Shown one piece after another: positions 45,354-55,755 of a stretch of DNA of 64,000 nt. Below the pieces are notes generated by a model that was given only the letters and a program-made list of their open reading frames with translations, searched no databases and was not told the DNA's origin. How positions within the stretch are numbered: position 1 is the first letter of the stretch; the number at the start of each line of letters is the position of its first letter. A program made the position numbers and the translations under genes. The DNA is taken from positions 655 through 64,654 of the forward strand of contig CAYVYZ010000002.1 in NCBI GenBank assembly GCA_964455875.1. Reading direction: 5' to 3'. The DNA is from an uncultured Planctomycetia bacterium. GTDB taxonomy: Bacteria > Omnitrophota > Gorgyraeia > Duberdicusellales > 4484-171.

Positions 45354-45810
45354 CCGCTGACTCAGTACCGTTTATTAATCCAACAATTTTATCTTCTAGT
45401 TTCTTTCTCAGCTTAATCCTATTGTTATTAGCACTTCTAGAGGCGTCCACCAAAAACTTAACCCTGTCAGGACTTGGTTTTGGTAATTTATTTAATTCTC
45501 TGAGCTCATATTCTGAAAACCAAATCTTTAAATGAGATATTATAAAAGCATCAATTAAAAAACTAAAAGACTCAACTATGTTTCCGCCTTCCTCAGGAAT
45601 ATTTATTCCTTCTTTTTTTAATAACTCTAATAATGTAACTTCTATCTCGTTCTTCAACTTAGCTCTTCTATCATTAGATTCTCTAGCATGTTTTACAATC
45701 TCGGTGAAATCTGTCCCAGTATTATACTGACCTAATTTTAACTCATAAAAGAAATTTTCTGTGTCGGCATCAATTAATAACTCTATTAAATCTAATAATT
45801 TTTTAATCAT
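45310..45810 (-). CDS. Helical hypothetical protein (internal duplication, DUF4254-like)
   Basis: Repeated W/F..E...R..N..R..L pattern. Confidence 0.55.
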   Translation of the reverse strand: MIKKLLDLIELLIDADTENFFYELKLGQYNTGTDFTEIVKHARESNDRRAKLKNEIEVTLLELLKKEGINIPEEGGNIVESFSFLIDAFIISHLKIWFSEYELRELNKLPKPSPDRVKFLVDASRSANNNRIKLRKKLEDKIVGLINGTESAGDQDPKIFKAKGRD

Positions 45811-46495
45811 TTTTTCTCACCTTAAATTCTCTATCAAGATTAGTAGAAAACAAATATGTCGGAGTGGAATTAAACACTTTCTCATATTGTTTATACCCCA
45901 ACGGCTCTAATATTTTTGTAACATCTTTAAGCATTTTTTCAGTAGAACACTCTATAAATATATCGGGTTTCCATTTTTTTAACGATTTTATAGAGCCTTT
46001 TAATACTTCTAATTCGTATCCTTCTACATCTATCTTTATTAAAGTAATTTTTTCAAAATTGAAATCGTCAAGTTTAACTATTGGAACAATATATTCTCCT
46101 CTTTCATCATCTGTGAAACCACCCCCACTAGACCTCTTATCAAAATGGAACTTTTTTGTGCCACAAGTATTACCAAGAGATACGGAGTGTGGTTCTACAT
46201 TTTTAATATTATTCGCGTGTAAATTCAGTAATTGATGAAAAAACGTTCCAAAATAGGGTTCGAAAGAATGAACTTTATCAGCTACTTTTGAAAACGCTGT
46301 TGTGTGATTACCAATAGAAGAACCAACATCTATAAATATTCCTCCTTTATAATTATCCAGAATGAAGTTAATCATCTCTTCTTCATAATATCTATGGTTT
46401 GCCCACCATGATTGCTGAATATCTTCTGGATAGAATACTAAAAACTTAAAACCATCGACCTCACCATAAGGGATTTCAAATCTTAATTTTCTCAT
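45803..46495 (-). CDS. FkbM-family methyltransferase
   Basis: IDVGSSIGNH, FEP, LIKIDVEGYELEVLKG. Confidence 0.9.
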   Translation of the reverse strand: MRKLRFEIPYGEVDGFKFLVFYPEDIQQSWWANHRYYEEEMINFILDNYKGGIFIDVGSSIGNHTTAFSKVADKVHSFEPYFGTFFHQLLNLHANNIKNVEPHSVSLGNTCGTKKFHFDKRSSGGGFTDDERGEYIVPIVKLDDFNFEKITLIKIDVEGYELEVLKGSIKSLKKWKPDIFIECSTEKMLKDVTKILEPLGYKQYEKVFNSTPTYLFSTNLDREFKVRKND

Positions 46496-46496
46496 T

Positions 46497-47564
46497 TTAA
46501 ACTCCTATATCTTTTTTAACTATATCTAATAAATATTTTTTGTTTTTCTCAATATCATATTTTTCTTCTGCTATAAATCTAGAATTATTTTTTAATAATG
46601 GTAATAATGATTTATTCATAATATTTACCATTTTGTTTTTTAAATCAATAGAATCTACTTCTGCCACTAACACGGAAATATCTGTATACTCTACTAAATT
46701 TGGTGTACAAAGATATCCGTTGATGCCTGTTTGAATAAACTCATTCATTGGTGGCATATCTACTGTAATAACAGGTATACCAAGAGCAAGTGATTCAAGT
46801 ATTGGTAAACCAACTGTTTCCCATTTGCTCGGTACAACAGTGCAATCTGCTTGCCTAAAAATTTCTAGGAACTCTTTTCTTGTAAGATTCTTATTTATCA
46901 ATTCAACGTTTTTTGGTATTTTTTTTAATATGATTGGGCGTTGTGATGTGATTATTAATTTAACATCATCTCTTTTAAGTTTGGTAAACGCCTTGAGAAC
47001 TTTATCAGTGTTTTTTCTATGATGAACACCACCCCACCCACCAGGGTGAAAAAACGTGAATTTTTCGTTTTTAGGTGGTTCATATTTCTGGAATTCGTTT
47101 TTAAAATCCACAGAATGCGGCACATAAGCATGATTTCTTACTTTATGCATTCTAAGAAACCTTTGATGTGTTTTAGTTGGGCAGATTAACCTATCATAGT
47201 CTTTTGTTAATGATTTTTTAAATCGTTCCATAACCAAATAACCATAAACAACACAACCAAGTTCTTTTGCTTCTCGCACAAGGTTTTGACCATCATCACC
47301 CCATTGATTATACTCATTAAAAATAACTAAATCAATTTTATTTTTTTTAATCCATTTTTTAAATACTTCTTTATCTATATGGTATCCTGGAACTTCTTCT
47401 ATATGTACATCAACTACTTTGAAATTTTCGTCAATCTCGTTTTTGCCTTGTTTAAGAATGTAGACATCGTATTCTGGTATGAGCATCTTACTCCATATTA
47501 GTGCCGCGTAAGCAAGTCCTCTACCCCATCCCCAAAATGTTGGCATACCAATTCTTTTCTTCAT
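46497..47564 (-). CDS. GT4-family glycosyltransferase
   Basis: RKN, PSKWETVGLPILESLALGIPVIT. Confidence 0.88.
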   Translation of the reverse strand: MKKRIGMPTFWGWGRGLAYAALIWSKMLIPEYDVYILKQGKNEIDENFKVVDVHIEEVPGYHIDKEVFKKWIKKNKIDLVIFNEYNQWGDDGQNLVREAKELGCVVYGYLVMERFKKSLTKDYDRLICPTKTHQRFLRMHKVRNHAYVPHSVDFKNEFQKYEPPKNEKFTFFHPGGWGGVHHRKNTDKVLKAFTKLKRDDVKLIITSQRPIILKKIPKNVELINKNLTRKEFLEIFRQADCTVVPSKWETVGLPILESLALGIPVITVDMPPMNEFIQTGINGYLCTPNLVEYTDISVLVAEVDSIDLKNKMVNIMNKSLLPLLKNNSRFIAEEKYDIEKNKKYLLDIVKKDIGV

Positions 47565-47770
47565 TTTTTACTCTCCTTATAAATCTTATAGAGTTCGTAG
47601 AGCTCATCGATTAGTTTTCTAACATCCCTTAATTCTACCCTATCATTAGTAATCAAGAATTCTACTGGAAAATCAAGCTTGTCTTTAAGGTTGTTAAGTG
47701 CAACACTCAAACCACGTATTTGTTCTGGTGTGCCATCCACTACTGCAACATGAACAATTTTCACACTCAT
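47561..47770 (-). CDS. Hypothetical protein
   Basis: ORF with RBS GGTGA. Confidence 0.6.
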   Translation of the reverse strand: MSVKIVHVAVVDGTPEQIRGLSVALNNLKDKLDFPVEFLITNDRVELRDVRKLIDELYELYKIYKESKK

Positions 47771-47778
47771 AGTCTCAC

Positions 47779-48066
47779 CTATTCAATATCGGCGAATATT
47801 AAAGGTTTTTCAACTTCTTTTTTTATTTTCTTTCTTTTCTCTTTAACTTTCTCAAAATAACCAATCTCTTTCTTTATCCTATTTAATAATCTGTTTAATT
47901 GATGCTTGGTTGCGCGATAAGGAAGTTTTTTATATAATAATTTTTTGTTCTTATCATCGTCTTCATAATACCAGAAAAGCACAGCCCCCTTATTTAATGT
48001 CACTTTTCTAATATATGAAAGTGTTTCAATCTCTTTTCTTACCCAGTTATACAGAGTCATCTTCAA
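47779..48066 (-). CDS. Hypothetical protein
   Basis: ORF in operon. Confidence 0.55.
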   Translation of the reverse strand: MKMTLYNWVRKEIETLSYIRKVTLNKGAVLFWYYEDDDKNKKLLYKKLPYRATKHQLNRLLNRIKKEIGYFEKVKEKRKKIKKEVEKPLIFADIE

Positions 48067-48847
48067 ATTCGTTATCTAGTTTAAGAGATATTGATGCTGG
48101 GAAGAATCTGTTTTTAATAATATCGAAGTTTTCTCTGATACAATGGCCTCCAATCTTACCCGGTATATACTTTAAAATTGGGCGTATAAATTGTGATTCA
48201 CCGAGTTCTGTGTAACCATCGTTATAAATTTTGTTTGTTTTTGTATATACGCTTTCGAAGTCTAAACCATGTTCTTCACATAATTTATAAACATATTTCA
48301 TAAATAAAATATTCCAACCAAAATAAGATGTGCTTAACAGTTTTGCAGCCTCGCTTTCTTCTGGTTTTTTATAAACTTCTGTTTTTACCCCTAATTCTTT
48401 GAAATGAGCTACAGCTTTATCAACGGATGTTTTATTAGGGCCCGCGACTATCTTCTTAAATGTTCGTATGCTTTCGGTTAAGTTTGGGTGTCTACCCATA
48501 ATAGGCGAATGAACTACATCTGTATCAGTATACCTAAACACATCCATTGTTATACCAATATCTACTGTACTATTAATTATTGTTAGTTCTGGTGTATACT
48601 CCTTTATATAGGATACAATAGTAGATAAGAAGTTTGGTGTATAAGGTATACAAACGTGTAAGACTGTTATGGCAGGTATATCCTTTATTCCTTTAGCGTT
48701 TATTACCGCTCCGAAAGGTTCTTCGATATACCGATCCTCCTTATACGCGGTATCGCGTATATAGACTGTGTACTCGGTATTGTCCTTGTATAAACCCGCA
48801 ACTCCTTTACCGAGTTCTCCGAATCCGAGTATAAGTATGTTTTTCAT
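48047..48847 (-). CDS. UDP-glucose/GDP-mannose dehydrogenase family (short form)
   Basis: GFGELG, INSTV, ESEAAKL, IGGHCI. Confidence 0.8.
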   Translation of the reverse strand: MKNILILGFGELGKGVAGLYKDNTEYTVYIRDTAYKEDRYIEEPFGAVINAKGIKDIPAITVLHVCIPYTPNFLSTIVSYIKEYTPELTIINSTVDIGITMDVFRYTDTDVVHSPIMGRHPNLTESIRTFKKIVAGPNKTSVDKAVAHFKELGVKTEVYKKPEESEAAKLLSTSYFGWNILFMKYVYKLCEEHGLDFESVYTKTNKIYNDGYTELGESQFIRPILKYIPGKIGGHCIRENFDIIKNRFFPASISLKLDNEFEDDSV

Positions 48848-49422
48848 TACGTATCACCTATGTTAAGCTTATCCGCTATTTTAGAATCTGCTTCTAATAT
48901 CTCACCGTCTACATCTATAACCGCGGCCTTGAACATTTCTTTCCTAATATCTTTCATCTGGGTATCCATATCGGTGGTTATCTCGTTATAGATAAAATTA
49001 ATATCCACACTTCCTTTTGGTTTCATATCGCCTGTTAACTTAGCGATGAGTTCTATGCCTTGCATTAGACGACCTACTAATTGATTATATGTAGCAAAAT
49101 CTTTTTCATCTTTAGCAGTATTCTTTACTTCTTCTACTTCTTTTAGTATAGCCTTTAAGGCGTTACCATAATCCATTGTAAGTTTCTTTATCTCAGAGGC
49201 TGTTCTTAAATCTCTCTGTATAAGAGCTTGTTGAGCTTGTTTTGTTTTCCTTATGAATTTCCTTATTGATTGAGCGGTAATATTAATTCCTTCTGAATTA
49301 AGACGTCTGGTAAGCGCTTCGACAGAAAATCTTGGTTTTTTCATTTCTTCATAAATCCTGTTCTGAAGTCCTAACTGTATTACTTTCAGCACATTGCCTT
49401 TCAGTTTAGCTTCTTGCTCCAT
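48847..49422 (-). CDS. Putative terminase small subunit
   Basis: N-terminal HTH-like segment, helical oligomerisation region, IAKLTGD followed by a beta-strand tail; upstream of terL on the same strand. Confidence 0.5.
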   Translation of the reverse strand: MEQEAKLKGNVLKVIQLGLQNRIYEEMKKPRFSVEALTRRLNSEGINITAQSIRKFIRKTKQAQQALIQRDLRTASEIKKLTMDYGNALKAILKEVEEVKNTAKDEKDFATYNQLVGRLMQGIELIAKLTGDMKPKGSVDINFIYNEITTDMDTQMKDIRKEMFKAAVIDVDGEILEADSKIADKLNIGDT

Positions 49423-49431
49423 TTTATCCTC

Positions 49432-49791
49432 CTATTTTTTTACTTTACGTTTTTTTCGTTCTTTCACCAAAAGCCCTCTTTCCTGGGCTCTGAAATACCA
49501 GAATTCTCGTCCTGTAAGCAAGTTCAAGAGTTTTTCATCTCTTTCACACGGCTCAATATTGATTTCTCCGAAAACATTAAGTAAATCAATATCTAATGTA
49601 TCTAAGTGTTCTACAAATATTTTAGAATTCATTAATCTTGCAAATTTAACATTATCGAGCATTCCAGGCACATAATAAGCGTATTTTCTACCCCTATAAT
49701 TCCTGTATAACATTCTTCCAAAGAGTGTATGATGAAAAAGCGTTCTTGCTAATTTATCTTTCGGTTTATACTCGATTATATAACCATACAT
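49432..49791 (-). CDS. Hypothetical protein, possible regulator
   Basis: Likely start MYGY after GGTGA; first gene of the divergent unit. Confidence 0.55.
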   Translation of the reverse strand: MYGYIIEYKPKDKLARTLFHHTLFGRMLYRNYRGRKYAYYVPGMLDNVKFARLMNSKIFVEHLDTLDIDLLNVFGEINIEPCERDEKLLNLLTGREFWYFRAQERGLLVKERKKRKVKK

Positions 49792-49844
49792 AAACTCACC
49801 ACCCATATAAATAATATTTTCATACACTATAATATAACTTCTCA

Positions 49845-49932
49845 TATATAAATTTTTCGTTTTAGTGTGTTATGGAGGCATGAGTCGTAAAAATTAAAAT
49901 ATTTTTAAACCAAAAACCGAAAACTTTAAATA
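49845..49932. promoter_or_regulatory. Divergent BRE+TATA promoter pair
   Basis: Minus strand CGAAAAATTTATATA (49845-49859); plus strand CGAAAACTTTAAATA (49918-49932); marks the strand switch. Confidence 0.7.
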
Positions 49933-49949
49933 GGAGAAGTTTCATATAT

Positions 49950-51431
49950 ATGAATATACTATTTCATATACTAAGATTATTGTGGTCATATGTGAAAAAT
50001 ATGGGTGGGACGAGTAAAATGGATAAAGAATCATTAGTTAAATTAGAAAAAGCTGTGGGGGAAGGAGATATTTCTAAGGAACAGTTAAGTAAGGAGTTAA
50101 CAGAACAAGTAGAGGTTGCTAACGAGATTTTACAAAGGCAAGAAGAAGAACGACTTAAATCATCTATAACTAACCCAAGTGCAATAGCACTTTCAACTAC
50201 CCCAAAAGAAGCAGGAGAAGGACTGAACAGAGTTAGAAAAACAGTAAAACAACTTTTCACCTTATATTTAACAAATCAATTTATTGCCAGAGCTGTAAAT
50301 GTGCGGGCAGACACACTTATTTCCAGAGGATATGAGATTATCGGTGAAGATGCTAAAGGAGTTGAAGTCTGTAAGAAGCTCATAGAAAATAGTGGTGGAA
50401 TAAATTTATTCTGGCAACTCTCGGTAAATGTCGATATTGCAGGAGATGGTTTTTTAGAGAAAATTTATAATCTTAATAAAACAACCATCACACGATTAAA
50501 ACATGTTCACCCATTAACATTGTCATTTAGACGAGATAGGTTTGATAGAATTATTGTTGGTAGTGATAAAGAGCCAATAGGTTATGTTCAGTATTATGTT
50601 GATGAAGAGGGTGTAACCAGAGAAAAGAATGTTCCTAAAGACATAATTTCTCATTTAAAGTTTAACACCCTAGGGGACGAGTTTACCGGAGTAAGTATTT
50701 TACAACCTGTGTATGACACAGCAGTAAGATTAATGAATATGGAATACGCTGCCGCAGAAGCCGCTGTAAAGGCAGCAAATCCTTTACTCATAGCTAAGTG
50801 CAATACTAAATCTCCAATGCAAATAGCGCAGTGGGGGACAATACTTGGTAGGATTAGTGGAAAAGACCAAATATTTATTCCAGAGGGAATGGAAATAACA
50901 ATGTTGGCTCCTGAGCGACAAATATTTAGCGAGTATGCAGATTACTTTTTAAATGCGGTGGTTTCAGCTACAGGAGTGCCAAAAGCAGTATTACTTGGTG
51001 CTAGTGGTAGTGGTGGAAGTAATAGGGCAGAAGGAATTGTTTTAACAAGGCATTTTTACTCTTTGATTAGGAGTAACCAAAAATATATGGAAGGATTTTT
51101 CAATAAAATCTTCGAAGAATGTGCGGAACTTGGAAATTTTAAAGCTCCGAAATTAGTTTTTAATGATGTTGCAGAAGACGCTGGAACACTTGCCGCACAA
51201 TCTGCTGTGAACCTTTATAAAGCAGGTATCATTAATTTATCTGAAGCGCGGGCTATGATTGGTTTAGAGAAAAGCAACATATCTGGTTCAGACTTAAAAT
51301 CAGAGATTAAGAAATCAGATATGGAGACCTGGCACCCAGCAAGTCCTGGAAAACCAGCAGGAAGTCAAGCAGGTATAAAGAAAACACAAAAAATAAGCCC
51401 GATGTCAGAGGTGAGTCCTATTACAAAATGA
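49950..51431 (+). CDS. Portal protein
   Basis: IAGDGFLE, LKHVHP, IISHLKF, GVSILQP, GVPKAVL, INLSEARAMIGL; first gene of the head module; start probably 50001 or 50019. Confidence 0.85.
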   Translation: MNILFHILRLLWSYVKNMGGTSKMDKESLVKLEKAVGEGDISKEQLSKELTEQVEVANEILQRQEEERLKSSITNPSAIALSTTPKEAGEGLNRVRKTVKQLFTLYLTNQFIARAVNVRADTLISRGYEIIGEDAKGVEVCKKLIENSGGINLFWQLSVNVDIAGDGFLEKIYNLNKTTITRLKHVHPLTLSFRRDRFDRIIVGSDKEPIGYVQYYVDEEGVTREKNVPKDIISHLKFNTLGDEFTGVSILQPVYDTAVRLMNMEYAAAEAAVKAANPLLIAKCNTKSPMQIAQWGTILGRISGKDQIFIPEGMEITMLAPERQIFSEYADYFLNAVVSATGVPKAVLLGASGSGGSNRAEGIVLTRHFYSLIRSNQKYMEGFFNKIFEECAELGNFKAPKLVFNDVAEDAGTLAAQSAVNLYKAGIINLSEARAMIGLEKSNISGSDLKSEIKKSDMETWHPASPGKPAGSQAGIKKTQKISPMSEVSPITK

Positions 51432-51778
51432 GTAAAAAAAACAAGACCGAACAACTTATTAAAAAACTGGATAAGATGCTCACAGTTGGCGGTGCCGGAC
51501 CGTCTGTCTCACCTGACTCGTCCGGTAGTGGAAGGCTTCCACTATCGGACATTTTAATTACAAAAGATATTGATTTAAGTTCCTTGGACGAAAACCAACT
51601 TTATTTCGTTCATGTGATGCTTCATAAGTTTTATGCCACTGGGCGAAACAAACACTTATCCAAAGAAGATATTAAGTCTTTACATAACGAGATACGAAAA
51701 AAAATTAAACATGAAAACTTTGATACATTAGATATGGAAAATGGACACCACACAGGAAGTGATAGAAAGAGTGAATAA
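51428..51778 (+). CDS. Hypothetical head-module protein
   Basis: Between portal and protease. Confidence 0.6.
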   Translation: MSKKNKTEQLIKKLDKMLTVGGAGPSVSPDSSGSGRLPLSDILITKDIDLSSLDENQLYFVHVMLHKFYATGRNKHLSKEDIKSLHNEIRKKIKHENFDTLDMENGHHTGSDRKSE

Positions 51779-52343
51779 GTATTTAGCGCTGATTAGATAC
51801 AAATATTTAGGTCTAGAACGATTAAGAAGGGAAAATATGCTTAACGACTATTATGAGTCGCTTAACTCTTCGGCTTCAGAGGAAGTGTTTGTTAGTAGAC
51901 TAGAGGTAGCAGAACAATTATCAGAGAAATTGGTGTTACCACTAAAAGTTCGTGGGATTTTTTTAACAGAGGGCAAACCAAAAGCTAGGTATTACAAAGC
52001 AGAGGACCTTGAATTATCCACTAAAAATCCTCTTAATGCGAGTTTTCCTATAATGTTAGACCACGAAGATGATAAAGCTGGAAAAATAATTGGTAAAGTT
52101 GATAGAATTAAATATGACCCAAAAATTAAAGGTATTAGGTGGTGGGGACATATTAATGACCAAACATTTGCTTTAAATATTATAGATGGTGTGATAACTC
52201 AGGTTAGCGCAACCATTTACTCTGTACCACATTATGATAAAAAACTTGGTTTTACAACCTGGAAAGATTTAATTTTTAAAGAACTTTCACTTGTTATAAA
52301 TGGTTCCGAACCATTAAATATCATAGAAGTAGATAAGGGATAA
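51741..52343 (+). CDS. Prohead maturation protease (HK97/assemblin-type)
   Basis: LDH, IGKV, QVSA, ELSLV; position between portal and MCP. Confidence 0.75.
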   Translation: MDTTQEVIERVNKYLALIRYKYLGLERLRRENMLNDYYESLNSSASEEVFVSRLEVAEQLSEKLVLPLKVRGIFLTEGKPKARYYKAEDLELSTKNPLNASFPIMLDHEDDKAGKIIGKVDRIKYDPKIKGIRWWGHINDQTFALNIIDGVITQVSATIYSVPHYDKKLGFTTWKDLIFKELSLVINGSEPLNIIEVDKG

Positions 52344-52344
52344 A

Positions 52345-52587
52345 ATGCCATATAGCTCGGTTAAAGATGTACCAGAATATGTGAAGAAGTATAGTCCTGT
52401 TATTCAAAGGCAATGGATGCATGTATTCAATTCAGTTTATAAAAGAACTAGTAGTGAAAGACGAGCTTTTATGGCCGCCAATAGTGTATTAAAAAAGAGG
52501 TTTAAGCGTGCACGAAAACACAACGAATCTCATTCAGATTATTTCAATTATTTAATTGATTCGTATCTTGGAAACCTGGAAGGGTAA
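52345..52587 (+). CDS. ChaB-like protein
   Basis: MPYSS..DVP..V..QRQWMHVFNS..RAFMAANS. Confidence 0.75.
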   Translation: MPYSSVKDVPEYVKKYSPVIQRQWMHVFNSVYKRTSSERRAFMAANSVLKKRFKRARKHNESHSDYFNYLIDSYLGNLEG

Positions 52588-52604
52588 TAAAGAGGTAATA
52601 GAAA

Positions 52605-53750
52605 ATGAGCAACGATAATAATAAAATAGAAGAATTAAAAGAGAAGAAGTGGATTAATAAGGCTGATGTTGAAAAAGGCAAGTTTGAAAAGTGGTGTAAA
52701 GCTCATGGCTTTAAAGGAGTTAATCAAGCATGTGTTAATTTGGCCGCTAAGACTGGTGGACATGCCGCTAAAATGGCTTTGTTTGCTTGTAACATGCCTA
52801 ACAGCCCCTATACTTATCCTAAGAAGACAAAATATTCTAAGGAGGAAAACATAATGGCAAAAGAAAAGGAAGAACAATTATATAGGGATGTTAATCCTAA
52901 AAAACAACTTGCTTTAGCTAAAGAAAGAGAAGAAAAAGAGAAAGAAGTTAAAGAGGAGTCTGTTGAGGAAGCTAAGGAAGAAGTTGTTGAAGAAGTTTCT
53001 AATGCTGTTGTTGAAGAAAACCCCGAGGAAGAAGTTAAAGAGGAAGTTAAGGAAGAGGAAGAAAACGAAGAGCCAGAAGAGGAAAAAGATGGAGAACCAA
53101 AAGAGGAAAAAAAAGAAAAAGAAGAAGCAGAAGAAGAGCCTATCAATGAGTCTTCAGAGGAGAGGCCTGATGAAACTCTTTCAAAAGAAATAAAAGAAAC
53201 CAAAGAAGAGTTAGCAGTGATAAAAGAAGTTCGTGATGAACTTGTCAACCTATATTCAAAATATGGGAAACTAGAAAAACAAAAAGAAGCTCTTTTAAAG
53301 AAGATAGAGAAGCTGGAAAAAGAAAAATTAGAATTAAACGAGCAACTCAATATTTATAAAGAAAGAGAAGAAAAACTTAATGCTCAAAGACGTTTAGAAA
53401 GGTTGGAAAGGCTTTCTGCTAAGTTTAAATTACTCGGTCAAGAGAAGTCCGTAGAACAGCTAGCAGAGAAGGATGAAAAAACCATAGAGGAGTTTGAAGC
53501 TATTGTTGATTCAGCACTTGAAAAGGCTGGAGAAACTAAAGAGATGCCAGAAGTTACTACGCCTTCACAAGCTACGGGAGCAAAAGAAGAAGCAACCGAG
53601 GAAAGTAAGGAAGAACCAAAAGAAGAGAAGAGAGAAGAAGTTGCACAACCACCTGAACAGATGACTAATGAAGCGTTCTTTACAAACATATTAAAGAAGC
53701 TTACTAAAGAACAAATGAAAAGCAATAGGGGGAGAACCCTAATATTGTAA
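52605..53750 (+). CDS. Capsid scaffolding protein (acidic coiled coil)
   Basis: E/K-rich, immediately upstream of the MCP; possible internal start MAKEKEEQL with RBS GGAGG. Confidence 0.7.
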   Translation: MSNDNNKIEELKEKKWINKADVEKGKFEKWCKAHGFKGVNQACVNLAAKTGGHAAKMALFACNMPNSPYTYPKKTKYSKEENIMAKEKEEQLYRDVNPKKQLALAKEREEKEKEVKEESVEEAKEEVVEEVSNAVVEENPEEEVKEEVKEEEENEEPEEEKDGEPKEEKKEKEEAEEEPINESSEERPDETLSKEIKETKEELAVIKEVRDELVNLYSKYGKLEKQKEALLKKIEKLEKEKLELNEQLNIYKEREEKLNAQRRLERLERLSAKFKLLGQEKSVEQLAEKDEKTIEEFEAIVDSALEKAGETKEMPEVTTPSQATGAKEEATEESKEEPKEEKREEVAQPPEQMTNEAFFTNILKKLTKEQMKSNRGRTLIL

Positions 53751-53783
53751 AAATCGAAAAATAATCATAACGAGGTTTAAAAA

Positions 53784-54779
53784 ATGGAAACAATGAAAAC
53801 ACCAGAACAATTAGCTACAGGAGTCACTATGATTGGAAGCTCTGGATGGGGCGGTCAAACTGGCGGAATAGGCAGTATAATGGGCAGCACATGGAGTGAG
53901 AGAATCATATTTGACGCACAACCTGATAGGGTATTATCCAAATACTTTATTGAATTCAACGACCTCATAGGTAACAACGATGTTACAATTGTTATCCCAA
54001 AGATTGGCGATGTTAATCTTATGGGTGGAAGGACTGGTTCTGAAGAAGGAATTGCTAGAGTTATGACCAAGTTCGATACTGCTGACAACATAACTGTTAG
54101 CTTAACATCAGCAGATGTAAAGCTAGGCGGATGCTCAGTTTCATTCGAAACTGCTTCTGCAACCAGAGTTAGCATAATCGAAATGGCTCACAAACAACTA
54201 GTAAGACAATATCTAAACACACTAGAAACAGATGCTAATGCAACTCTAGAAGGAGCAACAATAGGAGCCAGTAATGCAGGTTCAGTGTTTGGCGGAACTA
54301 CAGTGGCTAACAACTCAGCTATTACTAGTAATTTATCAGCAGGTGATGTTATTGATGTTGATAAAATAGTTGAGATGAAGATAATGCTACAAGAAAAAGA
54401 TTTCGCTAAGAAACCTGGAGAAGCCGTCCTAATATTACACCCAACCCAATTTAAGCAACTGTTGAAGAGTTCACAGTTTACAAACGCCGCTGAATTTGGA
54501 GGACCGACAGTTGTAAGAAAGGGGACAGTTGAAGAGTATATTGGAGTAATTATAGAAATATCAACCCTATGTACTTCTGCAACCCAAGGAGTGGCAGTAC
54601 ATTACTGTTATATGATTGACCCATCAGCAGCCGCTGGTATAGTGTGGAAAGAAAAAGCTAGAGTTAAAGTTGTTACAGAAGACGATGAAAGAAAACATAA
54701 GGTGCTCTTGGATGCTTGGTATAAAATGACCAGGATTAATGAGCAGGCTATTGTTATTGGCGTCTTCGCAGATAACTAA
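53784..54779 (+). CDS. Major capsid protein (HK97 fold)
   Basis: 331 aa; WSERI, IVIPKIG, LILHPTQFKQL, GTVEEYIGV.I; canonical gene position. Confidence 0.85.
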   Translation: METMKTPEQLATGVTMIGSSGWGGQTGGIGSIMGSTWSERIIFDAQPDRVLSKYFIEFNDLIGNNDVTIVIPKIGDVNLMGGRTGSEEGIARVMTKFDTADNITVSLTSADVKLGGCSVSFETASATRVSIIEMAHKQLVRQYLNTLETDANATLEGATIGASNAGSVFGGTTVANNSAITSNLSAGDVIDVDKIVEMKIMLQEKDFAKKPGEAVLILHPTQFKQLLKSSQFTNAAEFGGPTVVRKGTVEEYIGVIIEISTLCTSATQGVAVHYCYMIDPSAAAGIVWKEKARVKVVTEDDERKHKVLLDAWYKMTRINEQAIVIGVFADN

Positions 54780-54816
54780 ATTTAGTTGAGCAACGATAGA
54801 GATTTTAAAAACCTTT

Positions 54817-54848
54817 TAACAGGGTTAACACCCTGTTACTAGTTTTTT
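54817..54848 (+). terminator. Stem-loop plus T-tract after the MCP gene
   Basis: TAACAGGGT-TAAC-ACCCTGTTA followed by CTAGTTTTTT. Confidence 0.5.
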
Positions 54849-54876
54849 ATACTAACGTTAAAAGGAGGAAGTTAAA

Positions 54877-55488
54877 ATGACAAAAATAGGAAGCAGAGAT
54901 GGTCACTATACAGTAAAAAAACTCACGGTTGATGACAAGGTACCAGTTAGTTATACGATTGCTCATTGTGCAGAAACTTCAACCACTGCTATACTTGCTG
55001 GTTGGGATGTAAGTGCAGGTACAGCCGCAAAGACTAATATAGACTTTTCAGCACAACCACCCTATCCGATGGTTCTTAGTGTTAACGCAGTAGCTGCCGG
55101 AACAGCAGATGATAGCGATACATTGTTATTCAAAGGATATGACGCAACAGGAAAGTACATTGAAGAAAACGTGGTGGTTTCTAGCACAGCAGGAACAAGC
55201 ACGGCAGCTCATACCTATACTAACAACGCTTTTTCATATTTGATAAGTGTTGAACCAGACGACGCACTACATAAATCAACCGATGTTAATATTGGTTGGA
55301 GAGCATATGATTTTGGACTGCCATATCCAATAGCAACAAGCGATGATGTGATAGCTTATACTACTGGTAGCACACACGCAACAACAGCCCCATATACAGT
55401 TAATGTGGCTTATAACAGAATATCCGATAGCAATTTAGGAGCAGGAAGTTCTGTTAGAGTGCTATACTTGTCTAGATTCCAAGAATAA
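54877..55488 (+). CDS. Probable capsid decoration/minor structural protein
   Basis: A/T/S-rich, beta-rich, directly after the MCP. Confidence 0.55.
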   Translation: MTKIGSRDGHYTVKKLTVDDKVPVSYTIAHCAETSTTAILAGWDVSAGTAAKTNIDFSAQPPYPMVLSVNAVAAGTADDSDTLLFKGYDATGKYIEENVVVSSTAGTSTAAHTYTNNAFSYLISVEPDDALHKSTDVNIGWRAYDFGLPYPIATSDDVIAYTTGSTHATTAPYTVNVAYNRISDSNLGAGSSVRVLYLSRFQE

Positions 55489-55501
55489 GGGGGGTGTAAA
55501 A

Positions 55502-55687
55502 GTGGCTGATTATCCAAGTAAAAAACTAGTAGAACAACACATCCCAAAAACTAGGGGACATGTTGGCGTGGTCATCGATAGTAATATTGAAGGACGTGGT
55601 CCTGAAGCTAAGACCGTTCGAGCAGAAGGAAGAGGAAATAAGAAAGGAGCTGGTCATATTGGAGCTAGCAATGTGAATCACGCATAA
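55502..55687 (+). CDS. Small hypothetical protein
   Basis: GTG start with RBS; T-tract terminator after the stop. Confidence 0.5.
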   Translation: MADYPSKKLVEQHIPKTRGHVGVVIDSNIEGRGPEAKTVRAEGRGNKKGAGHIGASNVNHA

Positions 55688-55755
55688 TTTTTTTATTTCC
55701 TTTTTATTTTTTTTTAATGATAGAAATAGTTAGATTAAAAAATGGGTGAGACAAA

